Below the pieces are notes generated by a model. The model was not told the DNA's origin, ran no database searches, and saw nothing but the letters and a program-made list of their open reading frames with translations. From Octopus sinensis (lineage: Eukaryota), in assembly GCF_006345805.1 (NCBI RefSeq), contig NC_042998.1:156612001-156676000 (forward strand): DNA of 64,000 bases. The letters are read 5' to 3'. Both the position numbers and the translations under genes were made by a program. Positions 1 to 11,597 of the stretch are shown in pieces (the stretch's first letter is position 1; each line of letters opens with the position of its first letter).

Positions 1-1230
1 ATCCACCCTGAAGGAATGGGGCGGAAGGAATGTTTGTGTAAAATATAAATTTTCAAAAATTTATGCTTTCATAAATCGCTTCCCCCCGTCGTTTTAAAAT
101 GAGTGGTAAAAGAAATAATTAAAGAGATTGAAAAATCCTCATCAAAACGTAGTAAATCCTACCTAAGTGGACATGCTATTCGTGACCTCTAACAGTGAAT
201 ACATAGAAATAACAATATGTATAATCGTACGCATGCGGTGTTATAGAGGAAGTATACAGTCCAAAATTAAACACACATTCAATCATGTTTAGGACTTGGA
301 CGTTGCATGTCAACTTATCAGGTGAATATTTGCTGTTTCGTACTTCTTTTTTCAAGTGAATTTAAATTGTTAGAAATCTATTACATCATTTCATTTTAAA
401 CAATCAAGCACGTACGCTAGTTCTCTTTTACCCCGTAAAAAGTACAAAATTAAGCTATTGATATCTTTTGAAAGTTATACTATTACATAAGGGTACTCGC
501 CTCAAGGGTTTCGACAGGCTTATGGAAGGATATACGGATATGGAACAGGCAGTCATTTAGAAGTCTCCAGTCGTGAAAATCTTAAGGCGCTCTGGGTTAA
601 TGTTTACTTTAACACCCGGCGGCCACCGAAAAAAAAAAGTGTTACAGGTGTAAAAAAAAAATGTGTATGAAACGAAAATGAGAAAAAAATTTGCGCCTAG
701 CGCAAATTTTCTTTTGTTAAAAATTTGTTTTATTTTCGGTAATGAAATATTTTTTTGCTGGAAGTTAAGAGACAACGAAGTCGGAGGTGGGGGTACATAT
801 GCTGCATTTTTTTCTTAAACCTTTTTCCATTACTCAGATGTGTTTATGATCGCCCAATTTTTTTCCATTACATTCAAGTAAAAAAATAATTTATGAATTT
901 CTTTCTCATTGAAAGTCCTCTCCCCAATCCCTCGGAAAAAAACCTTTTCCCCACAAATTTCTGGGGTTAATGCAGATTCGCACCTACTTTGAACAATGCA
1001 TTTTTCTGAAAAAGTTTATGCCCCAAAGTTCTTTATAATCGGTTCGTTGGCGCAAATGTTTCTCATATTCGTTTAGTACACATTTTTTTACGCCTATTAC
1101 ACTTGTTTTCGTGGCCGGGTGTTCGAGTAAACATTAGCCAGAACTCGTTTGACAATGTAATCCTACACGCGTAGATGCACACATAAAGGTAACTGATAGC
1201 CTGTAAATTTGAGTTGAAAAGCCACATATT

Positions 1231-1300
1231 CTGTACACATGACATTGGTAAGACGCCTGTCATGACTAGAGGGGATGTGGTTCGAGTCCTACAGGCAGCC
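1231..1300 (+). other. degenerate tRNA-like sequence (tRNA pseudogene or SINE head)
   Basis: A-box-like 'gacattggta' and B-box 'ggttcgagtcc' at tRNA-like spacing; acceptor stem not intact. Confidence 0.35.
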
Positions 1301-1400
1301 TTCGATTTTCTCTATCTGAAAAAGTTTTTCAACCCATTATTTACATGCTGTTAATTCTTTTTTCGTTTTTCTTTTCTCTGGCTCCAAGCCTCGTGCATAG

Positions 1401-1650
1401 GCCGCAAACTCTGATATCACCGCCTGTAACATAGGGGAGAGGAAGGTAAGCAAATACAGGAGCCTGACTGGTTGCTGTTTGTTTGAGCCGGTCACCATCG
1501 AGACCTTAGGTGTTCTTGGATCCCACATTGCTGATTCTCTCTGCAAAATTGAGACCCATTTGAGAAACGATCCCCACGATAGGGTGGTTGTTGCAACGAG
1601 TGTTGCTGGCCATTCTCTGTGACAACTCCTTTGCAATTATGTCCACAAAA
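1401..1650 (+). mobile_element. relic of a CRE-like non-LTR retrotransposon, restriction-like endonuclease C-terminus
   Basis: Manual translation GERKVSKYRSLTGCCLFEPVTIETLGVLG, then after a frameshift WLLQRVLLAILCDNSFAI; matches the E-x2-K-x2-KY / F-x-P-x-x-ETLG / QRxSxAxxRGN pattern. Confidence 0.65.
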
Positions 1651-2493
1651 CGTGGCTGAATACGCCATTTGGTCTGGGGGCAGGGCCCTCAAGAGTGGGG
1701 TCCAACCGGTACTTTGTTCTGGGACCCAAGAGTTACAACAATCTTGTAACATCCATCCCCCCTTGAAAACAAGCACTTTCTACCACCCTCAGCCTGACAA
1801 AAACATCACTATACTTATCACACCACACTTCTCTTTATTAGTATTTGTTATTAATTATTATAGGCCTAGTTGTATAGATATATGATAGCATCAAGAGTAT
1901 CTTCCTACAGCCTGGGGCCCTCAAGGTGTCTTGTACCACCTTGCAAAATTTCCTTTCTAGGCCCTGTCTGGGAGTGTATAATCTGTTACCCAACTCCCGT
2001 TTTCTGCTGCTTAATCCCACCTTTTTTTCTTTTCGTTATCTTCGTGAGTTGTTTCTTTTTTCTTGATAATTTGATCTTTGGGTGTTCACAGTTTTCAATT
2101 CTTTTAATTTTGTTCCACTTGTTTTCAAATTTGGTGTACTCATGCAGTTTTGTATGCTAATTATGGAAATGAAATTCATTTTTGCAATAAACAAAGTGAT
2201 GTCACTTCTCCTCACTTTTGGTCCCTCATCCTTGTTGCCCTCCATTCCTCAACATGCCCCACCTGATCTAAAGATTACTGCTCTATTCTGTTTTAAAGTC
2301 ACCTATCCACCAGGATGTTGGGGTGGGGGAAAATTCTACTGTAGAAATCTTGTTCAGTACTTTTCCAGGTGTAACAACTTAAGAATGTTAACATGCATGA
2401 ACCTCCATTTTTCATTATAATCCACTTTTCTTTCCAGGCAATGCAATAAAACTAATAAATATTCTATTATTTAAAAATATTTGAATTATTAAT

Positions 2494-2887
2494 AGGTACA
2501 GAAGTGGCTGTGTGGTAAGTAGCTTGCTTACGAACCACATGGTTCTGGGTTCAGTCCCACTGCGTGGCACCTTGAGCAAGTGTCTTCTACTATAGCCTCG
2601 GGCTGACCAGAGCCTTGTGAGTGGATTTGGTAGACGGAAACTGAAAGAAGCTCGTCGTATATATGTATATTTATATTTGTGTGTGTGTTTGTCCCCCCAA
2701 CATCACTTGACAACTGATGGTGGTGTGTTTACGTCCCCGTAACTTAGTGGTTTGGCAAAAGAGACTGATAGAATAAGTACTAGGCTTACAAAGAATAAAT
2801 CCTGGGGTCGATTTGCTCGACTAAAAGGCGGTACTCCAGCATGGCCACAGTCAAATGACTGAAACAAGTAAAAAGAGTAAAAGAGTA
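2494..2887 (+). mobile_element. tRNA-derived SINE, family 1
   Basis: A box 'tggctgtgtgg', B-box-like 'gggttcagtccc', central (TA)/(TG) tract, LINE-like 3' end 'ccagcatggccacagtcaaatgactgaaac' and AAAAGAGT tail; further copies at 7268-7684 and 52717-53343. Confidence 0.85.
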
Positions 2888-3454
2888 TTCTTCTTTGTTG
2901 ATGATTGAATGAAAATAGGAATTTTAAGTTGTATTTTTTTTTTATTCTAAAAATAGGAAAAGGTTATCTGGACAGGGTTCCATTGCAGTGTGCATCCACC
3001 ATAAGGCACGAGGAGCCACCTGTTCTTTTGCTTTTTCTGAACAGCATTACTAGAAACCTTCAGGTCTGCCCATTGAAACAAAGAAATAATAACAATATTG
3101 TATCATTAAATTTTAAGGAATAATTTTTTTTTTAAATAAGTTTTCATATATATGCTAACATTCCATATTATATCCAATTTATAATTCCAATTTCTATAAA
3201 TAAGATATAACTGACTTTCTATAACCTATAAAAAAATACAAAAAATTTATTAAAAATTTACTTTTTAAAAAATTTTTCTTTTTAAATTCATAAGCAATAT
3301 TTATATTTAATTTTTGGTTGAAAGCTGTAATTTTCTAGTATTCAATTTTTTAAAAAATTATGGAATTGAAAATATGAATTTTTTTTCTAAATAATACATT
3401 ATTGAATTAATCAATTGAATTTGTTTAAATTTATGAATTTAATGCCTGATATTT

Positions 3455-4330
3455 TTACAATTTTTCCATAAATAGAACATCAGGCATTTTGGGAGGAAAT
3501 TTATTATGATATTTTGTGATTATATTGTCACTAATTTCATCCCAACTTTCTTCTCCACTTTTCATTAAGCATGTATAATGACCTGCACTAGTTGTTGGTC
3601 CTCTGTATAACAGCAGATTCCAGAGTGAAATTAGTGCCACATATTTGCTGTTTTTTAGAACTTAAGTTCATTATATTACGTTTGATTCTTCCTTCCACAT
3701 TAATATTATGTTTAATTAAGAATCTATTGAGTTGAACAACAAGATATTTAAAATCAGGAGGAAATTCAATTCTTGAAGTACACTTCATGTTCTGTATCAA
3801 TTGAACATGTTTCAGAGAATTTGTTGTAATTGTATTAAGCAAATCTTTAAATTGTAGAGGACCATTAGTTGGTTGCAAAAGCAATTCTTCTTTCAAGGGA
3901 AGAGTTAATTGTGATTGTCTACCACATCCAGGAGCAATATTGCAATCTAATGCATATAGCGGTATGATATGTAACTAATTGAAATTTTTTTTGAAATTCC
4001 ATTTCAAAATTTTGAAGAAACTCTTTCCAAAATTCATGAGCACATTGTTGATTTCCAATAATTCTTTTCAAATTTTAACACTGCTTTCATTATGATAAAG
4101 AATATTTCTTATTTCTTGAGAAAATCCATTATCTTATATTTGTTTTGATTTTTCTTCATTCTTCATCATTCAGTTTAGTGCCCCCATATTATTTATTTTT
4201 TCTTCATTATTATTAGGCCCCCCGTAGTCAATGTAACCCACCCCCATAAAGAGAAGCATCAAAATTAAAGCATACAAGTAATATTTATTTCCTTTAAAAT
4301 TAATAATTTGTTGGGATAATGAGAAATGTA
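3455..4330 (-). pseudogene. decayed intronless ubiquitin-specific protease (peptidase C19)
   Basis: USP motifs in correct order across frameshifts: tentative Cys box (NITC/YAL), QQCAHEF (QQDAHEF box), C-x5-C, LVVQLNRF (LxxxLKRF), FTLESAVI/YRGPTTSAGHYTC (His box), WDEISD, VLFMEK. Confidence 0.75.
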
Positions 4331-4434
4331 TTTATAATTGTAAAAAATTTTAGATCCTATATCGTCACTGTATATAAAATTTTTATATTGAAACAAAGTG
4401 CGGAAATTCATTATGATGAATAATAGTCTATATG

Positions 4435-5818
4435 TCAATACCAGTACCATCTGACTGACTCCTGTGCTCGTCGCACATAAAAAGCACCATTCGAGTGTAG
4501 TTGATACCAGTGCTGCCTGACTAGCTCTGTACTGGTAGCACATAAAAAGCACCTTTCAAAAGTGGTTGATGCCAGTGCCGCCCATGCCGGTGGCATGTAA
4601 AAAGTACCCACTACACCAGTGGTTCCCAAACTTTTTAGAGTCGCGACCCACTATTTATCACACCAGTTTATGACGACCCACTTAACTCTACTGAGTAAAA
4701 ACATTAATGAAATTAACAAATTTATTTCAGATTACATCTTCAGTGAGGCCTGTGAGAAGGATGAGCCTGTTTCTGCTACGCTCAATAATAGAATTAACAT
4801 CAGGTTCAATGTGTGATAGTGGATCTTCTTCCACTCCATTCCATGTAAATCCCATTTTTAAGTACACGCAATCATACTTTCTTAATACTTTTCTTCGCTT
4901 TAACTGGCTTAGTTTTGATTGATTGGTCTTTTCTTCGTTTCGATTCACTGAAGACACATCATCATCAGCTTCAACTGACTTTTTTAACCATTTATCCATA
5001 ATATGAAGGACTGAGTAAATACGAAAAAATCGAATTTAGAAGGACAGATAATTTCGACTTAGCGAGAGATTTGACAGAATTAAAATACAACGTTTGGGAT
5101 CATGCGAGCTTCTACAATTAATGATAAACATCATTTCAATCGATGTGATGCTATTTAAACCGTTTATCTGATAGACTCTATTGATCTATCTACCGTCTAT
5201 TCCAATCATTTCATTGGCTAATTGATAGCTTCCTGGTGATCACTCCTATACTTTTTAAATAATTTATAAACTTACTAGTGAAATCCATAATGTCTTATTT
5301 ATTTAAATTTTTTGCTATTTATATTAAATGTGAAACAAAACGTTTTATAACTGTTTCAACGTCTCTATACCCTATGTGTAAATACTAACACTAATACAAA
5401 ACCTTGAAGTAGTAACTGTTATCAGCTCGATCAGTGTTATACTTCGCCTAGTTAAAGTTCTCTATAAATAGGTAAAAACAGACCTTTCCTTTTTACGATT
5501 ACGTATGAATAAATAACTTGAGAAAATAACAACCTCTGATTTGTTAAGTTTGTGAAAAAGCCTACTGCTTGATAAAACAACAAGTCTGGTATTGGAAACA
5601 TAAGTCTTGAACTATCTTGATAGACAGCAGATGGGTCGCGACTCATAGTTTGGGAACCACCACACTACACTCTTGGAGTGGTTGGCATTATGAAGGGCAT
5701 CCAGCTGTAGAAACCTTCCCATATAAGGTTGGAGCCTGGTGCAGCCTCCTAGCTTGCCAGTCCTCAGTCAAACCATCCAACACATGCCAGCATGGAAAGC
5801 AGACAATGATGATGATGA
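4435..5818 (+). mobile_element. RTE LINE 3' UTR fragment interrupted by a hAT element
   Basis: 2-3 'gcacataaaaagcacc' units at 4435-4616, continuing at 5663-5818 ('ggttggcattatgaagggcatccagctgtagaaac'...(GAT)n); same sequence as the 3' end of the RTE at 48268-49140. Confidence 0.75.
4617..5662 (-). mobile_element. non-autonomous hAT (Charlie/Buster-type) DNA transposon, internal deletion derivative
   Basis: TIRs 'cagtggttcccaaact' / 'agtttgggaaccac'; 8-bp TSD cactacac at 4609-4616 and 5663-5670; ORF 4727-4999 has the transposase N-terminus (MDKWLK...RKYDxxYLKMGFTW) joined to the C-terminus (LSHIEP...HPSH in a shifted frame). Confidence 0.9.
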
Positions 5819-6923
5819 AAGTGAATATTAATGTAATACTAATTTTATTATAAAATTAAGAAATAAATTACCTATATCTATATATAGTAAGAAGAGCTAG
5901 CAAAAAGAGGTGTGAGAATATATCAACTATATAGTAAGAAGAGGATCTGATCATATGAATTGTAAAGCCATGGCCAATATAAAATTTTAAAAAATGCAAA
6001 AATAGCCACTGCATCTACCATAAGGCAGGAGGAGCCACCTACCCTTATTAGGGCAAAGTTAATTTGTTTGTCAAAATTCATGCAAAATAAAAATAAAGCC
6101 TGCAATTCAGCTACTGTTCTTGTCAACTTGCCTGAAAATAAACAAATCCAATCATACTATCTGAAAGCAAAAACCTTGTCAATTTACCCTTAAAGCTTAA
6201 AAGCAAACAAAAAACTTATTTAAACTTCAGAAGTTCTTAGAACTTTGATTGTTGTAATGCTTTACTTTCGTTTGTTTAATAAAAATTCTTTCTCGAATAA
6301 TGATTTTGCTTTCATTTTGTGATAGACAACTATCATGCAGAAAATGTCAGCTTTTAAATCCAGTTTTCTCATTAGGTGACAATGATTAAACTTTAAACTT
6401 AGGTAACATTGTTCTGCAATAAGAATGTATATGTGTGTGTGTGAGTTTATTTGCGATGGACAGTAGGAAAGAGTTCTTTTGTCATCAATTGTTGTCAACT
6501 TAACCCCTCTCTCCTTAAAGCTATGTATTCATCACACTCACCTTTGTTTCCTTTCATGGGCGTTTTAAAAGTTACTTGGGTGTGTGTACGTATTTACGAA
6601 AATATGTATGCAGCATTATGTGTATATGGTGTTATTCTCCCATTTTTGACCTCACACATTTGAAATGTCAACTTTTTTTCTGTTGAACCAAATTTCAAAT
6701 TTTGTAGCTCAAAATGTAGCTTAGGTGACCAATCTAAAAATGTATATGCATCATCAAAGTTGGTAAAAACTGAATTAGTGGTTGCGAGTGAGTAAATATT
6801 GACCTTAAGAATATTATTCACACACAGCTGTGTGTGAATGATATTTATTACAATAGAATATGAATATGAGGTAGATCTTTGCAAGATACCTAAATACTGA
6901 ATTGAATCAAACGTTTTGCAATA

Positions 6924-7140
6924 TTGGTTTCCAATTTTGGCAGAAGGCCATCAAATCTGGAAGGGAGGGAAGTTGATTACATCGACCTCAGTGCTCAGCT
7001 GATACTCATTTTATTGAGTACCGAAACGATAATAGGCAAAGAAAACCTTGGCAGAATTTGAACTCAGAATGTAGAGACAGACGAAATGCCACATAGCTTT
7101 CACCCTGTATGTTAACGATTCTGCTAGCTCATCGTCTTAG
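6924..7140 (-). mobile_element. tRNA-derived SINE, family 2 (degenerate)
   Basis: Reverse complement of the element at 55490-55700 (gagctggcagaat...ttctgagt...gcctttcat...tgtaatcaactt...tttgaaaccaa). Confidence 0.75.
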
Positions 7141-7267
7141 TACTGTAATAAGTAATAATATTATTTGAAAATTGTTTTCCTTAGCTTATATAACACCTTT
7201 TTTTACATTCTGAATATTTTTTGGAAAGATGAGCACCACAACACTTGTCTTGATGAGTTCTATCATA

Positions 7268-7684
7268 TACTCTTTACTCTCTTTTACTCTTTTATTTGTT
7301 TCAGTCATTTGACTGCGGCCATGCTGGAGCACTGCCTTTAATCAAGCAACTCGACCCCGGGACTTATTCTTTTGTAAGCCCAGTACTTATTCTATCAGTC
7401 TCTTTTGCCAAACCGCTAAGTAACGGGGACATAAACACACCAGCATCAGTTGTCAAGTAATGCTAGGGGGACAAACACAGACACACAAACACACACACGC
7501 ATATATATATATACATATATACAACGGGCTTCTTTCAGTTTCCGTCTACCAAATCCACTCACAAGGCTTTGGTCGGCCCGAGGCTATAGTAGAAGACACT
7601 TGCCAAGGTGCCACGCAGTGGGACTGAACTCGGAACCATGTGGTTGGTAAACAAGCTACTTACCACACAGCCACTCCTGCGCCT
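7268..7684 (-). mobile_element. tRNA-derived SINE, family 1
   Basis: Near full-length reverse-complement copy of 2494-2887. Confidence 0.85.
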
Positions 7685-8659
7685 ATTATGGGCTAAATAA
7701 AAACAAAATTTTTATACAAAAACAAAATGTTTAGGTTTTGAATTTGCTTTTAGGTGTTAGCACTGTTTTTGGCACATTTGGCCCCAGTAGTTCTTTATTG
7801 TAAATTTTTTTTGATATAATTAGCATCATGGAATTCGTGTAGTTGAGATCTATCAGAAAAGTTAAATTTAAATATAGTTTTATTTTGAAAGAATAATAAT
7901 ATTTGGAGTCAAATTCGATTTCAGGTGTTATTCTCCTGTTTGTGACCTCAAATATTTGACTCAAACTTTTTTGGCTACAGAACCAAATTTTTTAGCTTGA
8001 AATGTTGTTTATGATGTGACCAATCTAAAAATGTAAACATCATCCTAATTTGGTTAAAAACTGAGTTAGTGATAAAGCCTTGAAGTGGTCGCGAGTGAGT
8101 GAATGTTGACCTTAAATTTTTTTTTATATAATTGGCATCATCGGATTCCTCTTGTGGAGATCTATCAGAAAAGTTGAATTTAAATATAGTTTTCTTTTGA
8201 AATAAGAATATTATTTGGAGTCAAAATCGATATCAGGCGTTAATCTCCTTTTTTTTGCTAGTTTTTACCTCAGTACATTTTTTCTATTGAATATTTTTGC
8301 ATATAAGTAACACAGATAGATTCCTCTTGCCGAGATCTATCATATAAGCTAAAAGAAAATATAGATTTAAGAAAAAATATTTGGACTCATTTTGATTTCT
8401 GGTGTTACTCTCCCGTTTTTGACCTCACATTTTACTGAAACTTTTTTTCTTCTGAAGCAGTTTCCAAATTTTGAAGCTGAAAATGTAGCTTAGGGTGTGA
8501 CCAATCTAAAAATGTAAACTTCATCTAATTTGGTTAAAAATCAAGTTAGTGATAAAGCCTAGATATAGTGGCAAGTGAGTAAATGTTGGCCTTAAGAATA
8601 TTATTCACACACTACTGTTTGTGAATGATGTGATCTCTTGAGCACCACCAGCAAAAATA

Positions 8660-8831
8660 TTTTTTTCCTCTGTCTTCCCTTCTCGGGATCTTTCCTTCTC
8701 CTTGTTTCCGACGAAGAGCTCCGCTCGAAACGTTAAACCCTCCTTCCCTTCTTTCCTGAGCGTCAAATAATACTTTAATTGTTCCACATCCTCGCGTTGC
8801 TGTGTTTTTTTCTGTGTTTTCTTGCTTGGAT

Positions 8832-8847
<16 letters not shown>
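8660..8847 (+). mobile_element. PLE terminal-repeat-like fragment with variant minimal hammerhead (8704-8738)
   Basis: gttt-CCGACGA-agagc-tcc-gctc-GAAA-cg-tt-aaac; related to 46165-46440 and abuts (TA)n. Confidence 0.55.
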
Positions 8848-8870
<23 letters not shown>

Positions 8871-10129
8871 TATATGTATATGGCCATCCTTCTTGTTTTA
8901 AGGTGATAAGCTGTGATTTTAGGAATTTTGACTACTATTTATGTACTTTGCCATTGTGCACGGGCCAGCTAAGTCTTGGGTAGGATATCCAGTCTATGAG
9001 AGACCAACTTGAATAAATTAACAAGGCAATCTCTCATGGAAACAGTTGGACAGGTCACTTTTTCTATTGATTGAAATGGTAGGATAGTGGAATATATGCA
9101 GTTTCTCATGGAGGCAGATTTATCTTGATAATTTAGATATGCCACCCTCAATCTAACTGACCTAAGTATGATAATGATATAAAATTCCTGTTACTCGTAG
9201 AGATTACAGCCTACTATCATTTATGCTGGTTGTGCAAACTCATGTAATCTGACGCTATCAAGTCAGTTATCTCCCCATGTGGTATGTATTGTTGCTGATA
9301 TACCACATCCTACAGAATGTTGACTGACTGACATCAACATCCTATCAGCTCTGCTACTTGGGGCTTCCTGTGAAAGAACTGATTTTAATAGGATATGTTC
9401 TACGACTGTGAAACTTTAAAGTAATGTCACAGCCTGTAGGTTATTGGTCTGGTCTGTAGTGGTGACTGGTTGAGTTGATGAATGAAAATGTTTCTTGGGT
9501 TGTATGTAGAAGTAACTCAACAGCATCCACAAATTTTTAACAGAAGATTTTATTATTTCACAGAAAGACAAACTGCTTTGGCCTTTTACAGATAACCATA
9601 GCAACAATTACAAACCTGTCCATCACTTCACACTGAAACTTTAGTGGTTTCCTTCTGATGTTTGACCACATATCTAGTGATTTGTTTTTGAATCACAGTA
9701 ACATGAAGCTGTGATCAAATATATAAATACACACATTTTTTATTATTCCTTTATAATGATTATTCTGTGTTAATTTTATTTGTACTTTATTTTATTTTTA
9801 TTATCTATCATCTTTTATTCTGTTTGTCTTCATGGCACATAGGCTAACTCATTGAGTCACTGCATCTATTTTATCTGGTAAATGGTGCCATAGTCTGAAT
9901 CTATTAGCTTTCTACAACTGGGACGTGAGTTTTTTCCCTCCTTTCTCCATCCTTTAGAGGTGTGGACAGATTTATTACCACATTTATTTAACATCAAAAT
10001 AGCATTTCCTAATTTACACTTACATGTGGTACCAAGGTGAGAGAGTATAAAAGTAAATATGCATTCCATACACTTTGTGTGAAAAATCCTGAATGTTAAA
10101 TTTCACACACACACACACACATACATAAT

Positions 10130-10320
10130 GACCACATTTCATGATGGCATGGATTGGACAGTTTAGCCTGATCCAATGAGCCAGAGGATTGTGTTAGGCA
10201 CCAATGTCTGCTTTGGTTTCATGGATTCTACAGCTGGATGCTCTTCCTAATACCAACCACTTTACAGGTTATGCTGGGGCTTTTGTCATGGTACCGCCAC
10301 TAGTAAGCTCACCAAGTAAG
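10130..10320 (-). mobile_element. degenerate RTE 3' UTR fragment
   Basis: 'ttctacagctggatgctcttcctaataccaaccact' is the reverse complement of the RTE 3' motif near 48990-49022. Confidence 0.6.
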
Positions 10321-10958
10321 CTGCAAGACAACACCTCTTCACAGAGTAGCTTTCTGCCACATTGAGAAGCTAAAGTTTGATGAGATGACAGGAGCATTTA
10401 TTCTGCTGTAGAGGAGATATGTGGCTACCTCAGCTTGAAAGGGATGAGACAAGAAGGTGTATAAAAAGAGACTGGGGACAGAAAATTGATGATAGTGGGT
10501 ATGTATGCTGAGAGTATAAAAGATGAGAAAAACAGAGATGACTTAAGTGAATGGTGAACATGAGTAGAAGCTTGGTCAGTGGTGAATCTCAGTTTGTTGA
10601 GAAGGTAATGGAAAATAGCAGTGAATAAGGGAAGAACAGGTGAAAGATGGCAATACATGAAAAGGGATGGGGTGGAGAGCCACTATAAAAATAAATCTGT
10701 AGATACATGCCTTCCCTCTTCATTGAAAGATAAAAACCTTCTCATAAATATTAGTCAAATGTTAAAGCAGTTTTTGTCAGTTCTTAAGCTAAAATAGTTT
10801 TGTCACATTAGGTAATACTATCTTTAAAGACCATGAATATTATCAACAGAAAATTTGTGTTATTGTTTTTCATACTAATGATGTAGTTTAGGAAAGTACT
10901 TTTATTTTCAAGCTAATTTGTATTATCTCTAATGTTTTGCATGTCAATGCTACTATTA

Positions 10959-11230
10959 TCTGTATATATATAAAACTGAGAATGTCTTTCTGTCTGTCTG
11001 TATGTGTGCATCATTAAAACTCGAGAACTACCCAATCAATTTCATTCAAAATTTACGCATGCATTACTAATAGGACCAGAGCAATGTCTTATTTCTTACA
11101 CTATTTTTGTATTACGTGTCAAAAGTGAAGCACTAACATCGCTATTGTAATGTGATATAATACTTTCACTGTTATGTGGTTTGAGTTTCAATTATTTCAT
11201 TATATATGTTAGTTTCATTTCTATTGCTTT
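10959..11230 (+). mobile_element. non-autonomous Helitron-like 5' end
   Basis: A|TC start then 'tgtatatatataaaa', (CTGT)n and 'gagaactacccaatcaatttcattcaaa'; reverse-complement homolog at 32260-32470. Confidence 0.55.
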
Positions 11231-11271
11231 CACTATATATTTATATATGTATGTATATTTATATCTTTGTA

Positions 11272-11335
<64 letters not shown>

Positions 11336-11448
11336 CGTGTGTCTGTATGTAGGTATATATGTGTATATGTGCATGGTGCATATATGTGTATACATAATAT
11401 ATGTATATATGTATAATATGTATATATATGTTTGTGTATATATGTATA

Positions 11449-11497
<49 letters not shown>
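11231..11497. repeat. (TA)n/(TATG)n microsatellite
   Basis: Direct inspection. Confidence 0.95.
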
Positions 11498-11529
<32 letters not shown>

Positions 11530-11597
11530 CTAGTTTCAGCTCATGAGCTGTGGCCATGCTGGGGCACCGCCATTTGGTGTTGCTGCTTGGTTTTACT

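Larger units (their letters stand above)
6630..8630. repeat. three diverged copies of a ~200-bp unit (6630-6840, 7925-8115, 8400-8630)
   Basis: Shared blocks 'gtta(t/c)tctcc...tgacctca', 'gtgaccaatctaaaaatgta', 'agtgagt(a/g)aat(a/g)ttg(a/g)ccttaa'; 'gagatctatca' also recurs near 7845, 8157 and 8332. Confidence 0.7.

Noticed and set aside
490-560. TRLKGFD resembling a KYAT N-terminus
   Set aside because: No following VWVEF/NLGQG motif, in-frame stop, no convincing splice donor.
686-710. Hairpin aaaatttgcgc-cta-gcgcaaatttt
   Set aside because: Looks like a bacterial terminator or Helitron hairpin, but there is no upstream gene and no downstream CTRR.
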